Part shown: piece after piece, positions 1 to 9,267 of the stretch
Layout of the letters: each line of letters opens with the position of its first letter
Numbering within the stretch: position 1 is the stretch's first letter
Assembly (NCBI GenBank): GCA_965222375.1
Contig: CBDCTZ010000015.1
Span: 1,408,001-1,472,000, forward strand
Length of the DNA stretch: 64,000 bases
Direction of reading: 5' to 3'
Origin: Polyangiaceae bacterium
GTDB lineage: Bacteria > Myxococcota_A > Polyangia > Polyangiales > Polyangiaceae
The notes under the pieces: model-generated
Database searches by the model: none
What the model was told of the DNA's origin: nothing
What the model saw: the letters and a program-made list of their open reading frames with translations, nothing else
Made by a program: the position numbers and the translations under genes

Positions 1-610
1 CGGTCGCGATGGCAAGGCGCTCTGCAATGGCTGCCTCTGCGCCCACTCCGGCAGCTTGGGTGCGAAAAATCGCGGCGTAGCACTTGCCAATGCCGGCGCC
101 GAAGGCCAGCGCCCAACCTTCGATCATCGCTTTGCGCTCAACCCGACGAACGAGAACGGTCATGCGCACGGCATAGTCCGGTGGGCCCGACAAGGAGCGT
201 TCGTCGACGACATTGTCAGGTACGATTTCAGGCACTTCCGGACGCCACAGTCGGGCTTGCTTCTCGCACTCTTCGATCCGCACCAAGCGTGCGGCACGCC
301 AGGTGCGAAGGGCAAGGCTGGACTCGGACTGGGGGTGTGTGAGTGTGAGCCAACGTTCTGTATCTTCGGACTGCCAGTCTTCCGGACCCGGAACGCGCAG
401 GGACAGCCCCGCTCGCGGGCCGAACACGAGCTTCAGCGTGGCCTCGGGCAATCCCTGTTGGCGCTTGGGTGGCTGAGCAGTGACCGGTGGACTGCTTGCT
501 GCCATTTTCGGCGCAGCAGCCGGCGGGGGGGCACCACAAGCGCACAGCCAAACCGCAAGGGCAGCGCGGGCGGCTCTCGTCGCAATGGCTCTAAGAATCG
601 GGGCTCTCAA
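1..610 (-). CDS. Hypothetical lipoprotein, runs off the window edge (absent from the ORF track)
   Basis: Open minus frame from TTG 610, overlapping the ilvE stop; reads MRAPILRAIATRAARAALAVWLCACGAPPP... with a lipobox-like LCAC. The + ORF 56..667 is its antisense shadow. Confidence 0.6.
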   Translation of the reverse strand, partial: MRAPILRAIATRAARAALAVWLCACGAPPPAAAPKMAASSPPVTAQPPKRQQGLPEATLKLVFGPRAGLSLRVPGPEDWQSEDTERWLTLTHPQSESSLALRTWRAARLVRIEECEKQARLWRPEVPEIVPDNVVDERSLSGPPDYAVRMTVLVRRVERKAMIEGWALAFGAGIGKCYAAIFRTQAAGVGAEAAIAERLAIAT

Positions 611-1629
611 ATGGGCGTATGCCACTCGGGATGGGAGTCGTCCTTACCCCTGACGACGTCGAAGTAACGCGCTTGCAGGCGCTGGGTGGTCTCGCCCACC
701 TTACCGGTCCCGATGACGCGATGGTCCACCTCGACGACAGGCGTGACCTCAGCTGCGGTGCCCGTAAAGAACACCTCATCGGCCAAATACAGCTCGTCAC
801 GCGTGATGTACCCCTCGCGGACGGGGATGCCCTCTTCCTGGGCGAGGATCATCACGGTTTCCCGAGTGATTCCAGCGAGGATGCTGGCGGAAAGGGGCGG
901 CGTCGTGATCTTGCCATCTTTGACGATGAAGATGTTCTCGCCGGAGCCCTCACTCACATAGCCATTCACGTCGGTGAGAATGGCCTCGTCGAAGCCGTCG
1001 AGCTTGGCTTCCTGCTTGGCCATCACGCTGTTGATGTATTGACCAACGAGCTTGCCCTTCGCGAAAGACACGTTGATGTGGTGGCGCGCAAACGATGACA
1101 CTTTGCAGCGGATTCCTCTTTCCAGAGCTTCAGCGCCCAGGTAGGCCCCCCACTTCCAAGTGATGATGTGCGTCTCCACTGGGTTGTTCGGCGCGTACAC
1201 GCCCATGGCTCCGGTACCCATGGTGACCAGCGGCCGCAGGTAGGCCTCTTCCAGTTCGTTCGCGCGCATCACGCCAACGCAGCCCTCGCAGGTTTGCTCC
1301 AAGCCCACACGCGGCTTCAGCATCACCAATCGGCATGACTCGAAAAGTCTCTTGATGTGTTCACGCAGACGAAAGATCGTCGTTTCACCACCAGCGCGCT
1401 TGTATGCTCGGATACCTTCGAATGCGCCCACCCCGTAGTGAAGCGTATGGGTGAGCAGCGAGGTCGAGCCAGCGGCCGCCCAGTCGACGATTTCCCCGTT
1501 GCGCCAGATCTTCTGCCCATGCTCGACCATCGTTTCAACCTCCCGCTGGTCCGCAGTTAGAAACTCAATCGGCGCCGAATCCGCACCGGTCGGGACCATA
1601 GCTGCGGAGGAGTCCAGGGTCGAGGCCAC
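607..1629 (-). CDS. ilvE: Branched-chain amino acid aminotransferase (class IV, PLP)
   Basis: Motifs LHYGVGAFEGIRAY, AKGKLVGQY, EGSGENIF, ILAGITR, EVFFTGTAAEVTPV. Start may be downstream. Confidence 0.95.
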   Translation of the reverse strand: MASTLDSSAAMVPTGADSAPIEFLTADQREVETMVEHGQKIWRNGEIVDWAAAGSTSLLTHTLHYGVGAFEGIRAYKRAGGETTIFRLREHIKRLFESCRLVMLKPRVGLEQTCEGCVGVMRANELEEAYLRPLVTMGTGAMGVYAPNNPVETHIITWKWGAYLGAEALERGIRCKVSSFARHHINVSFAKGKLVGQYINSVMAKQEAKLDGFDEAILTDVNGYVSEGSGENIFIVKDGKITTPPLSASILAGITRETVMILAQEEGIPVREGYITRDELYLADEVFFTGTAAEVTPVVEVDHRVIGTGKVGETTQRLQARYFDVVRGKDDSHPEWHTPI

Positions 1630-1822
1630 GCTCAGCCCACGTCAGATCCGGGCTTTTGACAATTTTGTCGGGCACCAAGCGCAATGCTGTGCTAGAGCCC
1701 AACGCAGTTGCCAGGGTGAGCTGGTTCGGAAGTCACGCAGTAGCGCGTCCGAATCAAAGGGGAAACAGCTCGTCCGAGGTACCCGGTCGCTCCTCGCGGG
1801 CGCCGAAGATCGAGGAAATACC

Positions 1823-2434
1823 ATGGATCGACAACGCCAGAGGTCGGGCGGTGGCCGGCGACGCCGGCGACGCGGACGCGCCGAAGCTGCGCCCGTAGAG
1901 CCCGTATTGATAGCAGCGCGGCGACCGAACTCGCCCCTGATCACACGGCCAGCACGCCGCGCGGTGGCGGCATCTGCAGCCCCGCGCGCCGAGAACAACG
2001 CGGAAGCCGTCCAGCAAGAAGCCCTGGACCCCGGAGCACGCGGGCGTGGGGAAGCAGGCTACGGTCAGCGCCGAGCAGCTCGCATCGTCACCTTGAATCG
2101 ACACGAAACCGACGAAAGCGAATTGCGGCGGCAGCGCCTGCTCGAACGGCTCATGCATTGCGAGACTCGCGGTGCCATTAGCCGCGCGGCCAATGAGTAC
2201 CTGGAAGCAGGGTTCGAGTTCCCGGAAGAACAACCGGTGCAGCTCCAGCTGCTGGAGCACTTCGACGAATCTCGTGCGCGGGATGCCTTGGCAGTGCTCA
2301 CCCGGCTGCTCGAAGAAGAGGAGCCCACGAAGCTTCCCATCTTGACCCAGCGCTTACGGCGGCTGGAAGAATACGCCGACGAAGAACAAACTCGACACGT
2401 CGCGGCTGAATTTCGGCGTTCTCTCAGAACCTGA
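1823..2434 (+). CDS. Hypothetical protein, Arg-rich N-terminus and helical C-terminus
   Basis: ATG 1823 after GAGGA; in frame with ORF 1451..2434. Confidence 0.7.
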   Translation: MDRQRQRSGGGRRRRRRGRAEAAPVEPVLIAARRPNSPLITRPARRAVAASAAPRAENNAEAVQQEALDPGARGRGEAGYGQRRAARIVTLNRHETDESELRRQRLLERLMHCETRGAISRAANEYLEAGFEFPEEQPVQLQLLEHFDESRARDALAVLTRLLEEEEPTKLPILTQRLRRLEEYADEEQTRHVAAEFRRSLRT

Positions 2435-2446
2435 GTTTTCAGCTAA

Positions 2447-2869
2447 ATGAGCACGCCGCTGTCCGCACGCGAGTTCGAAACGCGGTTCCGAACATTGCTC
2501 GCGGAAAACCGCGGGCGCGTGGACAACTCGGGCTGTGTCCGCTGTGAGGACTGCCGTGGCTGCACGGCCTGTACTTTCTGCAAGGCCTCCCAGCAGCTGC
2601 TGCGATGCCACTTCTGTGACGGCTGCAAGGCCTGCTCGGACTGTTCTCACTGTACGTCCAGCGAGAACCTGATGGCCTGCCATCACTGTGTGGACTGCGA
2701 AGACTGCAATGGCTCGTCCTATCTGGTCCGCTCCGTCGGCTGCTCCGGATCGTCCTACTGCTTCGGCTGCGTTGGACTTTCAAACAAGGATTTTCACATC
2801 CTGAACGAGCCTTACTCGCGGCAGGACTACTTCCAAATCACGAAGCAGCTGCTGCGCGAACTCCGATGA
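2447..2869 (+). CDS. Cys-rich protein with CxxCxxC periodicity
   Basis: 19 Cys, mostly in 3-residue periodicity, followed by CFGCVGL...FHILN; no signal peptide. Confidence 0.8.
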   Translation: MSTPLSAREFETRFRTLLAENRGRVDNSGCVRCEDCRGCTACTFCKASQQLLRCHFCDGCKACSDCSHCTSSENLMACHHCVDCEDCNGSSYLVRSVGCSGSSYCFGCVGLSNKDFHILNEPYSRQDYFQITKQLLRELR

Positions 2870-2892
2870 TCTTTTGCTAAACTGTCCGGGAG

Positions 2893-3234
2893 ATGAACGA
2901 CGAGCTACCCGATCCAGCGCTGGAGGCGTTGTGGAAGCGAGTTGTCGAAGACTGGGACAATGACAAGGCACACGCGGCCTATTTGGAGCACTGCAACGCC
3001 AAAAACCGTCTGGCCGAAGCTGCGTCGCGCTATCGGGGCATGGCGGGAGATCGGATGCGCGGCGAGTCGTCGGAAAAGCGACTTCAAGCCGTTCTGGCCT
3101 TGGCCTTCGCGCAACTTGAAGTCTTGCGCTCACCGCCGACCGAATCTCGCCGCAGCCTGGGCGGCGTCGCCCTGACGCTCTTTTTCCTGGGTGGAATTGT
3201 GCTCATCTTGGCCTACCTGGGCTTGCGGAAGTGA
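2893..3234 (+). CDS. Hypothetical protein with C-terminal TM helix
   Basis: Helical N-terminus, hydrophobic C-terminus GGVALTLFFLGGIVLILAYLGL. Confidence 0.75.
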   Translation: MNDELPDPALEALWKRVVEDWDNDKAHAAYLEHCNAKNRLAEAASRYRGMAGDRMRGESSEKRLQAVLALAFAQLEVLRSPPTESRRSLGGVALTLFFLGGIVLILAYLGLRK

Positions 3235-3456
3235 CGAGTCCCCTCACCCCGACAGACAAAGCCTCGTGGTTTTGGACACTTAGCCGAGATTGCATCGCAA
3301 CCCACTCCCAGGTATCTAGGGGAATCTTCGAAAGCTGCTGCGCGCGTGGCGCGGGAGTCGCGAGCGAGCTGGAGGGTCTCGCGACTGTCTGGCTAACGAT
3401 GAATGCCGGCCACCGGCCGGATGAAAGCGTTCCATCCCGAATTGAGGAGACCTGTC

Positions 3457-3996
3457 ATGAAGAAGTTGGTTTTCGTATCCCTAGCAGCGATCGCGAGTGC
3501 AGCGTGCGGCTCGGATCCGAAGGAACCGCCGGCAGCACCTACGGGCGGCAATGATGGCCCGTCGACCTCCGCTGTGGTTGATGATGGCAGCAACAAGAAG
3601 CCTGGTGACGACCCCAGCAAGAGCCAGATCAACATCTCGGACGAGATCAAGAAGGCCTGCGGAATTTCCGACTCCGACGCCTATTTCGCGTTCAACTCCG
3701 CGAATATCCGAGACCAGGACCACAAGGTCCTCGGTCAGCTGGCAACCTGCTTCACGAGCGGCCCCCTCGCAGGACGGCAGATGCGCTTGGTGGGCCATGC
3801 GGATCCCCGCGGTGATGAGGACTACAACTTGGTGCTGGGCGGGCGCCGTGCTGACAACGTCAAGGGCTTCATCGTGAAGAAGGGTCTTGACGATGGCAAG
3901 GTGGCCACGACTTCCCGAGGCGAAATGGATGCCACGGGCACCGATGAGTCAAGCTGGTCCCGCGACCGCCGCGTCGACATCGTCCTCGGCGACTGA
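3457..3996 (+). CDS. pal: OmpA-family peptidoglycan-associated lipoprotein (Pal-like)
   Basis: Signal MKKLVFVSLAAIASAAC; YFAFNS, GHADPRGDEDYNLVLGGRRADNVK, SRGE, DRRVDI; RBS GAGGAG. Confidence 0.85.
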   Translation: MKKLVFVSLAAIASAACGSDPKEPPAAPTGGNDGPSTSAVVDDGSNKKPGDDPSKSQINISDEIKKACGISDSDAYFAFNSANIRDQDHKVLGQLATCFTSGPLAGRQMRLVGHADPRGDEDYNLVLGGRRADNVKGFIVKKGLDDGKVATTSRGEMDATGTDESSWSRDRRVDIVLGD

Positions 3997-4007
3997 AAAG
4001 CACCCCA

Positions 4008-4751
4008 ATGACAATGACCGCTCCCGCCCCTAACGGCGACAAGCTTGACCCCCTCCACCTGATGCTGGAATCGTCCGGCGTCGTGCTCGTGGTCTTGCTT
4101 GTCCTGATGGTGGCTTCCACGGCGGTATGGGTCATCTGGGTGCTCAAGTCCCTCCAGCTGAAGCGGCTTCGCAACGCCCAGCATCGGTTCGAGAAAGAGG
4201 TCGAGAGCGTTACAAGCTCATCGGATCTGATCTCGAATGCCCTGAAGCATCGCAACTCGCCGGGAGGACGGGTGGTGTTGGAGTTGGCCAAGCGCCACCA
4301 CCAGCCCAACCTGTCCTCGGACTTGCTGAACGCCGTCGCAAAGCGCGCCATCGCCTCCGAGCAGCAGCGCGCAGGCTCGCTAATGCCCACCCTTTCCAGC
4401 ATCGCATCGTCGTCGCCCTTCATCGGGTTGTTCGGCACCGTTTGGGGCATCATGGACGCGTTCCTGCGCATCGGCTTGGAGAAGAGCGCGTCCCTGCCCG
4501 TGGTTGCTCCTGCTATCGGCGAAGCGCTCATTGCGACCGCCTTTGGCCTCGTAGCCGCCATCCCAGCCACCATCGGCTACAACTTCGTGGATCGCCGTAT
4601 TGGCGATTTGATGGAGGAACTGGAAGCGTCGAGCGAGTCATGGGCAGAAACCCTGGCTGCTGACCCGGGTGGCCCGTCCTCGGCGGTGCCCCTGGTCAAG
4701 GAGTCCGGCCGGCCTCCCCCGCAACCCCAGATGGGCTACGCGGGAGGCTAG
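4008..4751 (+). CDS. tolQ: TolQ/ExbB/MotA proton channel protein
   Basis: SSSPFIGLFGTVWGIM and VVAPAIGEALIATAFGLVAAIPA; tol cluster context. Confidence 0.88.
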   Translation: MTMTAPAPNGDKLDPLHLMLESSGVVLVVLLVLMVASTAVWVIWVLKSLQLKRLRNAQHRFEKEVESVTSSSDLISNALKHRNSPGGRVVLELAKRHHQPNLSSDLLNAVAKRAIASEQQRAGSLMPTLSSIASSSPFIGLFGTVWGIMDAFLRIGLEKSASLPVVAPAIGEALIATAFGLVAAIPATIGYNFVDRRIGDLMEELEASSESWAETLAADPGGPSSAVPLVKESGRPPPQPQMGYAGG

Positions 4752-4754
4752 GCC

Positions 4755-5246
4755 ATGGGCGCCAAAGCCGGCGGAGGGCGAGGACGCCGCAGCGGTTTCA
4801 CCGAGATCAACGTGACGCCCTTCGTAGACGTCATGCTCGTGTTGCTCGTCGTCTTCATGGTCACGGCTCCGCTGCTGACGACTGGGCTGCGCATCAACCT
4901 GCCCGAGGTCAAAGCCGCCCAAGCGCCGGTGAAAGACGCCCGCCTCTTGGTTACGGTGACGAAGGACGAGCGCATCCTATTCGGTGAAAAGGACGTGACG
5001 GACCGTATCGACCGCGCTCTAAAAGAGAGTGCGCGGGTACAGAAAGAGCGGGAACTCTACATCCGTGCTGACAAGGAAGCACGCTACGGAATCGTGGCGA
5101 CCGTGGTTGCGGCGGCGCGTAACAGCGGCGTGGAGAGCCTGAACTTGCTCGTACAGCCCGAACTCGAGGAAATCGAGGAAGACGAAGACGAAACCACGCC
5201 AGCACCCAAGGCCGGCGCGAAGCCAGCCGTCAAAAAGAAGCCGTGA
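4755..5246 (+). CDS. tolR: TolR/ExbD protein
   Basis: EINVTPFVDVMLVLLVVFMVTAP; YIRADKEARYG. Confidence 0.88.
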   Translation: MGAKAGGGRGRRSGFTEINVTPFVDVMLVLLVVFMVTAPLLTTGLRINLPEVKAAQAPVKDARLLVTVTKDERILFGEKDVTDRIDRALKESARVQKERELYIRADKEARYGIVATVVAAARNSGVESLNLLVQPELEEIEEDEDETTPAPKAGAKPAVKKKP

Positions 5247-6079
5247 CTGGTCGAGCAGAAACCTTCATGCCTCTCGAGGTATTCATCGCGCTCGGCGCAG
5301 CGGTGATTGTGCAAGCGTCGTTCACTGTCTTGCTAGTCGCGGCCGGTGCGGCAGATGCGAAGATCGTGGCGAAGGAAGAGGCCGTCGTCAAAGAAGAGCC
5401 CATCGCCGTGAAGCCCATCTTGGACGACGCTCCATTGATGAAACTAGGCGGCAAGAAAAAGCTGCGCGCAAAACTTCCTGACATGTGGAAGAAGCTGGCT
5501 CCCGTTCCGCAATCGGTATTCAAAGAGTCCAGCGCACCATCCGAGAAAGCTGAAGATGATCCTGCGGCGATTCCGTCTTCCGCCGTCGCCACGGGCGACG
5601 CGGAGGCACCGCCGCCGGATGCGCAGACGACCGACGGCGCAGCGTTGGTCTTGGATTCGGGGCTCAACCCGGAAGGCGGGGACCCCAAGGAGTCCGAGGT
5701 GGTCGGGGAAGGCTCGCCGGACGGCGTGAAAGAAGGCACCACCACCAACCCCTTGGAAGCCAACTGGGCCAAGACCTATCGGATCAAGATCCTCAGCTGG
5801 TTCAACGCACGATTTCGCCCTCCAGTGGGCGCTGTGCCCTGCGAAGAGCTCAAGAAATTGACTGCCTTGGCCCAGGCCAACGTCTCACCGAACAGAACCG
5901 TGACTGGATATACCCTCTCGCAAGCGAGTGGCAACGGTACCTTTGACGCCAAAGCCCGCGCCGCCATGGACGGCATGGTGGGGCAGCAGCTACCACCCCC
6001 TCCGCCGCTGTGTACGACCTGTAAGGTTCCTTCTGTCGTACCTGTTCGGTTCTCTGGAAAAACGCCTCAATGCAAATGA
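5243..6079 (+). CDS. TolA/TonB-like energy transducer
   Basis: N-terminal TM, low-complexity linker, TonB_2-like C-terminus SGNGTFDAKARAAM...LPPPPP; lies between tolR and tolB. Confidence 0.75.
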   Translation: MTGRAETFMPLEVFIALGAAVIVQASFTVLLVAAGAADAKIVAKEEAVVKEEPIAVKPILDDAPLMKLGGKKKLRAKLPDMWKKLAPVPQSVFKESSAPSEKAEDDPAAIPSSAVATGDAEAPPPDAQTTDGAALVLDSGLNPEGGDPKESEVVGEGSPDGVKEGTTTNPLEANWAKTYRIKILSWFNARFRPPVGAVPCEELKKLTALAQANVSPNRTVTGYTLSQASGNGTFDAKARAAMDGMVGQQLPPPPPLCTTCKVPSVVPVRFSGKTPQCK

Positions 6080-7407
6080 AGCAAACCTTCGCGCTCCTGT
6101 GTGGACTGACTCTCATTTCTTTAAGCTCGCGGTCAGCAGCTGACCCAGGAACACAACAGTCAACAGATGAAAGCTTACTCGGCGAATACGTCGTCACCGG
6201 CACCGTGCAGCAGCACATTCCCAAGATCGCGATCCTGCCCAGCCTGGCACCGGACATGGAAGACGTGACCCTGCGTGGCGTCGTGCGTCGCGATATCGAG
6301 CTCTCGGGGCTCTACAACGTCATCCCCGACAAGAAAGCACCGCCCGGAACCTACGGCTTCGACGACCCGGTCGACGTCGACGCTTGGCGCAAGTTGGGTG
6401 CGGAAGCCATCGTCAAAGTCGCGGCTCGCAAGCACAAGTCTGGCAAGATACAGGTGTTCGGGATCGCCTACTTCCCCGCCGTGGGCAAGGACGCGGTGTA
6501 CGAGAAGACCCTACTCGTGGACGCAAAGGACATCCGCGTCACATCGCACCGAATAACCGACGCTCTGCTCGGCGCTCTGACCGGTCGCCCCGGCGGCTTT
6601 GCCAGCCACTTCGTATTCAGCGGAAAGTGGGGCAGGAATCGACGGATCTTCAGCATGGACTCGGATGGTCACGCCTTGAAGCCCATCACGAATCCGAAGC
6701 TGACCGCGATCGCCCCCACCTGGGGGCCCAACGAGTCCATCTTCTACACCCGCAGCAAGAACTACTCACCATTCCGACTGCTGATGTGGACGGGGAAGAA
6801 GTTTTTCAGAATCGGCGCGCCCTTCAAGACCAGCATCTACAGCGTGGCCTTCAACAAGGACCGCACCAAGATGGCGTTGGCCGTGGCTTACCGAGGAGGC
6901 AGCTCCATCTACGTCGGCAACCCCGATGCGAGCGGGATGAAGAAAGTGTCGACGACCATACTTTCTACACACCCTGCATTTTCACCGAGCGGCAAGTTGG
7001 CGTGGATCGGGGGCGACCCGAACAAGCGCGGTAGCCAACGCGTCTATGTCGACAACAAGGCCGTCTCGCCAGCGGGCTTTACCGCCGCGGCGCCCACCTT
7101 CTGCGATACCGAGGACGGGATCCGGCTGGTGTATTCGGTTGCTGTGTACGGGGACAAACAAGATCTAGTGATGAGCAACGAGAAAGGTCAGGGCATCGCG
7201 CGTCTGACCCGCAACATGGGCACCAACAAATACCCAGCGTGCAGCCCGGATGGCCGCCTGATTGCGTTCTTCTCGAACCGCAACAAGAAGCCTGGCGTGT
7301 ACTTCCTGAGTTTGAAACGCTGGCGCACTATCAAGTTGAACAGCCAGTTCGGATCCGCTCTACGTTGGGAGGCGCTACCACCACCGCCCAAAGGCGCGGC
7401 GCCCTAG
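6076..7407 (+). CDS. tolB: TolB-like periplasmic beta-propeller protein
   Basis: Signal peptide; VVRRDIELSGLY, HRITDALLGALTGRPGGFAS; PD40-like repeats PTWGP, PAFSPSG, PACSPDGRLIAFFSNR. Confidence 0.85.
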   Translation: MKQTFALLCGLTLISLSSRSAADPGTQQSTDESLLGEYVVTGTVQQHIPKIAILPSLAPDMEDVTLRGVVRRDIELSGLYNVIPDKKAPPGTYGFDDPVDVDAWRKLGAEAIVKVAARKHKSGKIQVFGIAYFPAVGKDAVYEKTLLVDAKDIRVTSHRITDALLGALTGRPGGFASHFVFSGKWGRNRRIFSMDSDGHALKPITNPKLTAIAPTWGPNESIFYTRSKNYSPFRLLMWTGKKFFRIGAPFKTSIYSVAFNKDRTKMALAVAYRGGSSIYVGNPDASGMKKVSTTILSTHPAFSPSGKLAWIGGDPNKRGSQRVYVDNKAVSPAGFTAAAPTFCDTEDGIRLVYSVAVYGDKQDLVMSNEKGQGIARLTRNMGTNKYPACSPDGRLIAFFSNRNKKPGVYFLSLKRWRTIKLNSQFGSALRWEALPPPPKGAAP

Positions 7408-7526
7408 CTGCTGGAGATTGGGAATGAGAGGCGATTGGGTCTGTTCGGATCCATCGCTCCAGGAAAAGGAACCTGGCTCCCTCGGCATGGCGCCCGTCGC
7501 CCCCGGGGAGGCCGCGAGTACGGGTA

Positions 7527-8516
7527 TTACTGAAACAGGGGGCCAGCTTCGCAGACGTAGGAGTTGTTGTGCCAGCTTGGGCGATCTCGCCAGCTACCGC
7601 CGCTGTCCATGGCCGCGCGGCGCCCACTGCAGTCGGGTTCGTTGTTTGCCCACTTCTGATAGGGCTTGGGCTCCCCCGTGGTCCACTTGAAATTCGCCTT
7701 GCCGAAGCACCACGCGACGATGGCGTCACGCGACAGCCCAATCCAAACCGCGGAGAGATTCGTGCCCCCGAAGGCCACGGACTTCACGTGGTCATTTTCC
7801 GCCTTGGAGTGGATGGTCGCCAAGTAGCCGCTGTTGTTGGAACAGTCCTTTCGGGCGTCGTCGAAGTTCTTGCCGGAGGTGACGAGCCAATAGCAATGGG
7901 TTTGGCCTTGGACCTGGAACGCCTGACTCCCCGGCCACTTCGAGCAATCCAACCCGGTGACCCCCCCAGTTCCACCGGAACCGCCGGTGGCAACACCGCC
8001 CATGCCGCCGGTGGCAACGCCACCGGTGCCCACGATTCCGCCGGTACCGCCCGTCGCTACACCGCCCGTGCCGCCGGTCGCTACGCCGCCCGTGCCGCCG
8101 GTCGCTACGCCGCCCGTGCCGCCGGTCGCTACGCCGCCCGTGCCGCCGGTCGCTACGCCGCCCGTGCCGCCGGTCGCTACGCCGCCTGTGCCGCCGGTGA
8201 CGACTCCACCGGTACCCAGACCACCGGTACCCAAACCGCCGCTGCCGAGTCCCCCGGTGCCTAGTCCTCCGGTTCCAAGGCCCCCAGTCCCCAAACCGCC
8301 TGTCCCTGAGGCCCCTGAAACGCCGCCACTGCCCCCCGTACCAGCCACGCCTCCAGTGTTGATTCCACCACCCGTCGCAGCGGCGCCGCCGGCGGATGCG
8401 TCTGTCTGACCGCCGCCGGCTCCGGCCGAGCCGAAGGCGACAGAATCACCACCCGAGTCCAAGCCGCAGCCCAGGGCGGCAAGGCCCAGCGTGAAAAGGA
8501 TAGGGAACCGTTTCAC
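7527..8516 (-). CDS. Lipoprotein with Gly/Thr linker and C-type lectin domain
   Basis: Lipobox ALGC; HCY...ARKDC...LATIHSKAEN, VWIGL, WANNEPD, WRD, YVCE. Confidence 0.88.
   Translation of the reverse strand: MKRFPILFTLGLAALGCGLDSGGDSVAFGSAGAGGGQTDASAGGAAATGGGINTGGVAGTGGSGGVSGASGTGGLGTGGLGTGGLGTGGLGSGGLGTGGLGTGGVVTGGTGGVATGGTGGVATGGTGGVATGGTGGVATGGTGGVATGGTGGVATGGTGGIVGTGGVATGGMGGVATGGSGGTGGVTGLDCSKWPGSQAFQVQGQTHCYWLVTSGKNFDDARKDCSNNSGYLATIHSKAENDHVKSVAFGGTNLSAVWIGLSRDAIVAWCFGKANFKWTTGEPKPYQKWANNEPDCSGRRAAMDSGGSWRDRPSWHNNSYVCEAGPLFQ
8047..8190. repeat. 24-bp tandem repeat x6 encoding GGTGGVAT
   Basis: ccgccggtcgctacgccgcccgtg is identical at 8071, 8095, 8119, 8143, with variants at 8047 and 8167. 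Confidence 0.95.
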
Positions 8517-8632
8517 GGCGTTGATTGTACCCGGAAGCCATGTTCAGGCCAGCACTTTGGCCCGCGGGCCGTGCGCAGATTGCCCTACACGTGGTGTCCG
8601 TTCAGCGTGGAGGAACGCCCGGCTCGCGCAGG

Positions 8633-9220
8633 TCAGACGAAAACACCAGATAGCGCCATAGGGATTTGCGCGTTGCCAACGATCTTGATCCGCCCAGACA
8701 TCGCCAGCTGCATCGGGTTCTGAGCTCCGGTCTGCATCTCCATGAAGTCGTTCATTTTCACCTCCAGGCGACACTCGGCGTCACCCAGCTTCGGCTCTTG
8801 AGCACCTGGTGTGACAGCCAGATGGTGCGTGGTGCCATCGGAATCGATGACAAACGCCACACTGCCGACAATACCCTTCACGAGCTTCACCCGCTCTTCG
8901 TCGACGCTGAGCACCTTGAACGCCAACACCTGGTGCTCTGCGCCAATCGGCGCGCCCTCTTGCTGTATAGCGCCTTGCACGAAAATGGATGCGAAGTCCG
9001 CCTCGGCCGCTGTGACCTGGAGCACGACATCGTCAGCCATACCTGGGCTGACGATCAGTTCCCCGTCCTTGATGCGCATACTCCACTCGCCGACGTCGAT
9101 GATGCGAAATGTCATGCAGCCGTTCGACGACTTGCCAGCCAGACCCTCCTTCACAGTCTCGAACCGTGCGGGGATGTACTCGGTGAAGAAGGCCTCGGGG
9201 CTGTCGGGGATGTCGCTCAT
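8633..9220 (-). CDS. Tandem SCP2 sterol/lipid-binding domain protein
   Basis: Two SCP2-like halves; C-terminus AECRLEVKMNDFMEMQTGAQNPMQLAMSGRIKIVGN matches the SCP2 pattern. Confidence 0.8.
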   Translation of the reverse strand: MSDIPDSPEAFFTEYIPARFETVKEGLAGKSSNGCMTFRIIDVGEWSMRIKDGELIVSPGMADDVVLQVTAAEADFASIFVQGAIQQEGAPIGAEHQVLAFKVLSVDEERVKLVKGIVGSVAFVIDSDGTTHHLAVTPGAQEPKLGDAECRLEVKMNDFMEMQTGAQNPMQLAMSGRIKIVGNAQIPMALSGVFV

Positions 9221-9267
9221 CGCAGCGCGCATTGTTCACGCCCTGAGCCCCGCGTCAACGCCCTCGG

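Noticed and set aside
56..667. ORF on + strand
   Set aside because: Antisense shadow of the minus-strand lipoprotein and the end of ilvE.
4008..5246. Agl gliding motor or ExbBD identity
   Set aside because: Linkage to tolA-like, tolB and pal-like genes favours Tol.
8047..8190. Possible CRISPR-like array
   Set aside because: Head-to-tail repeats with no spacers, in frame inside a Gly-rich linker; no cas genes.
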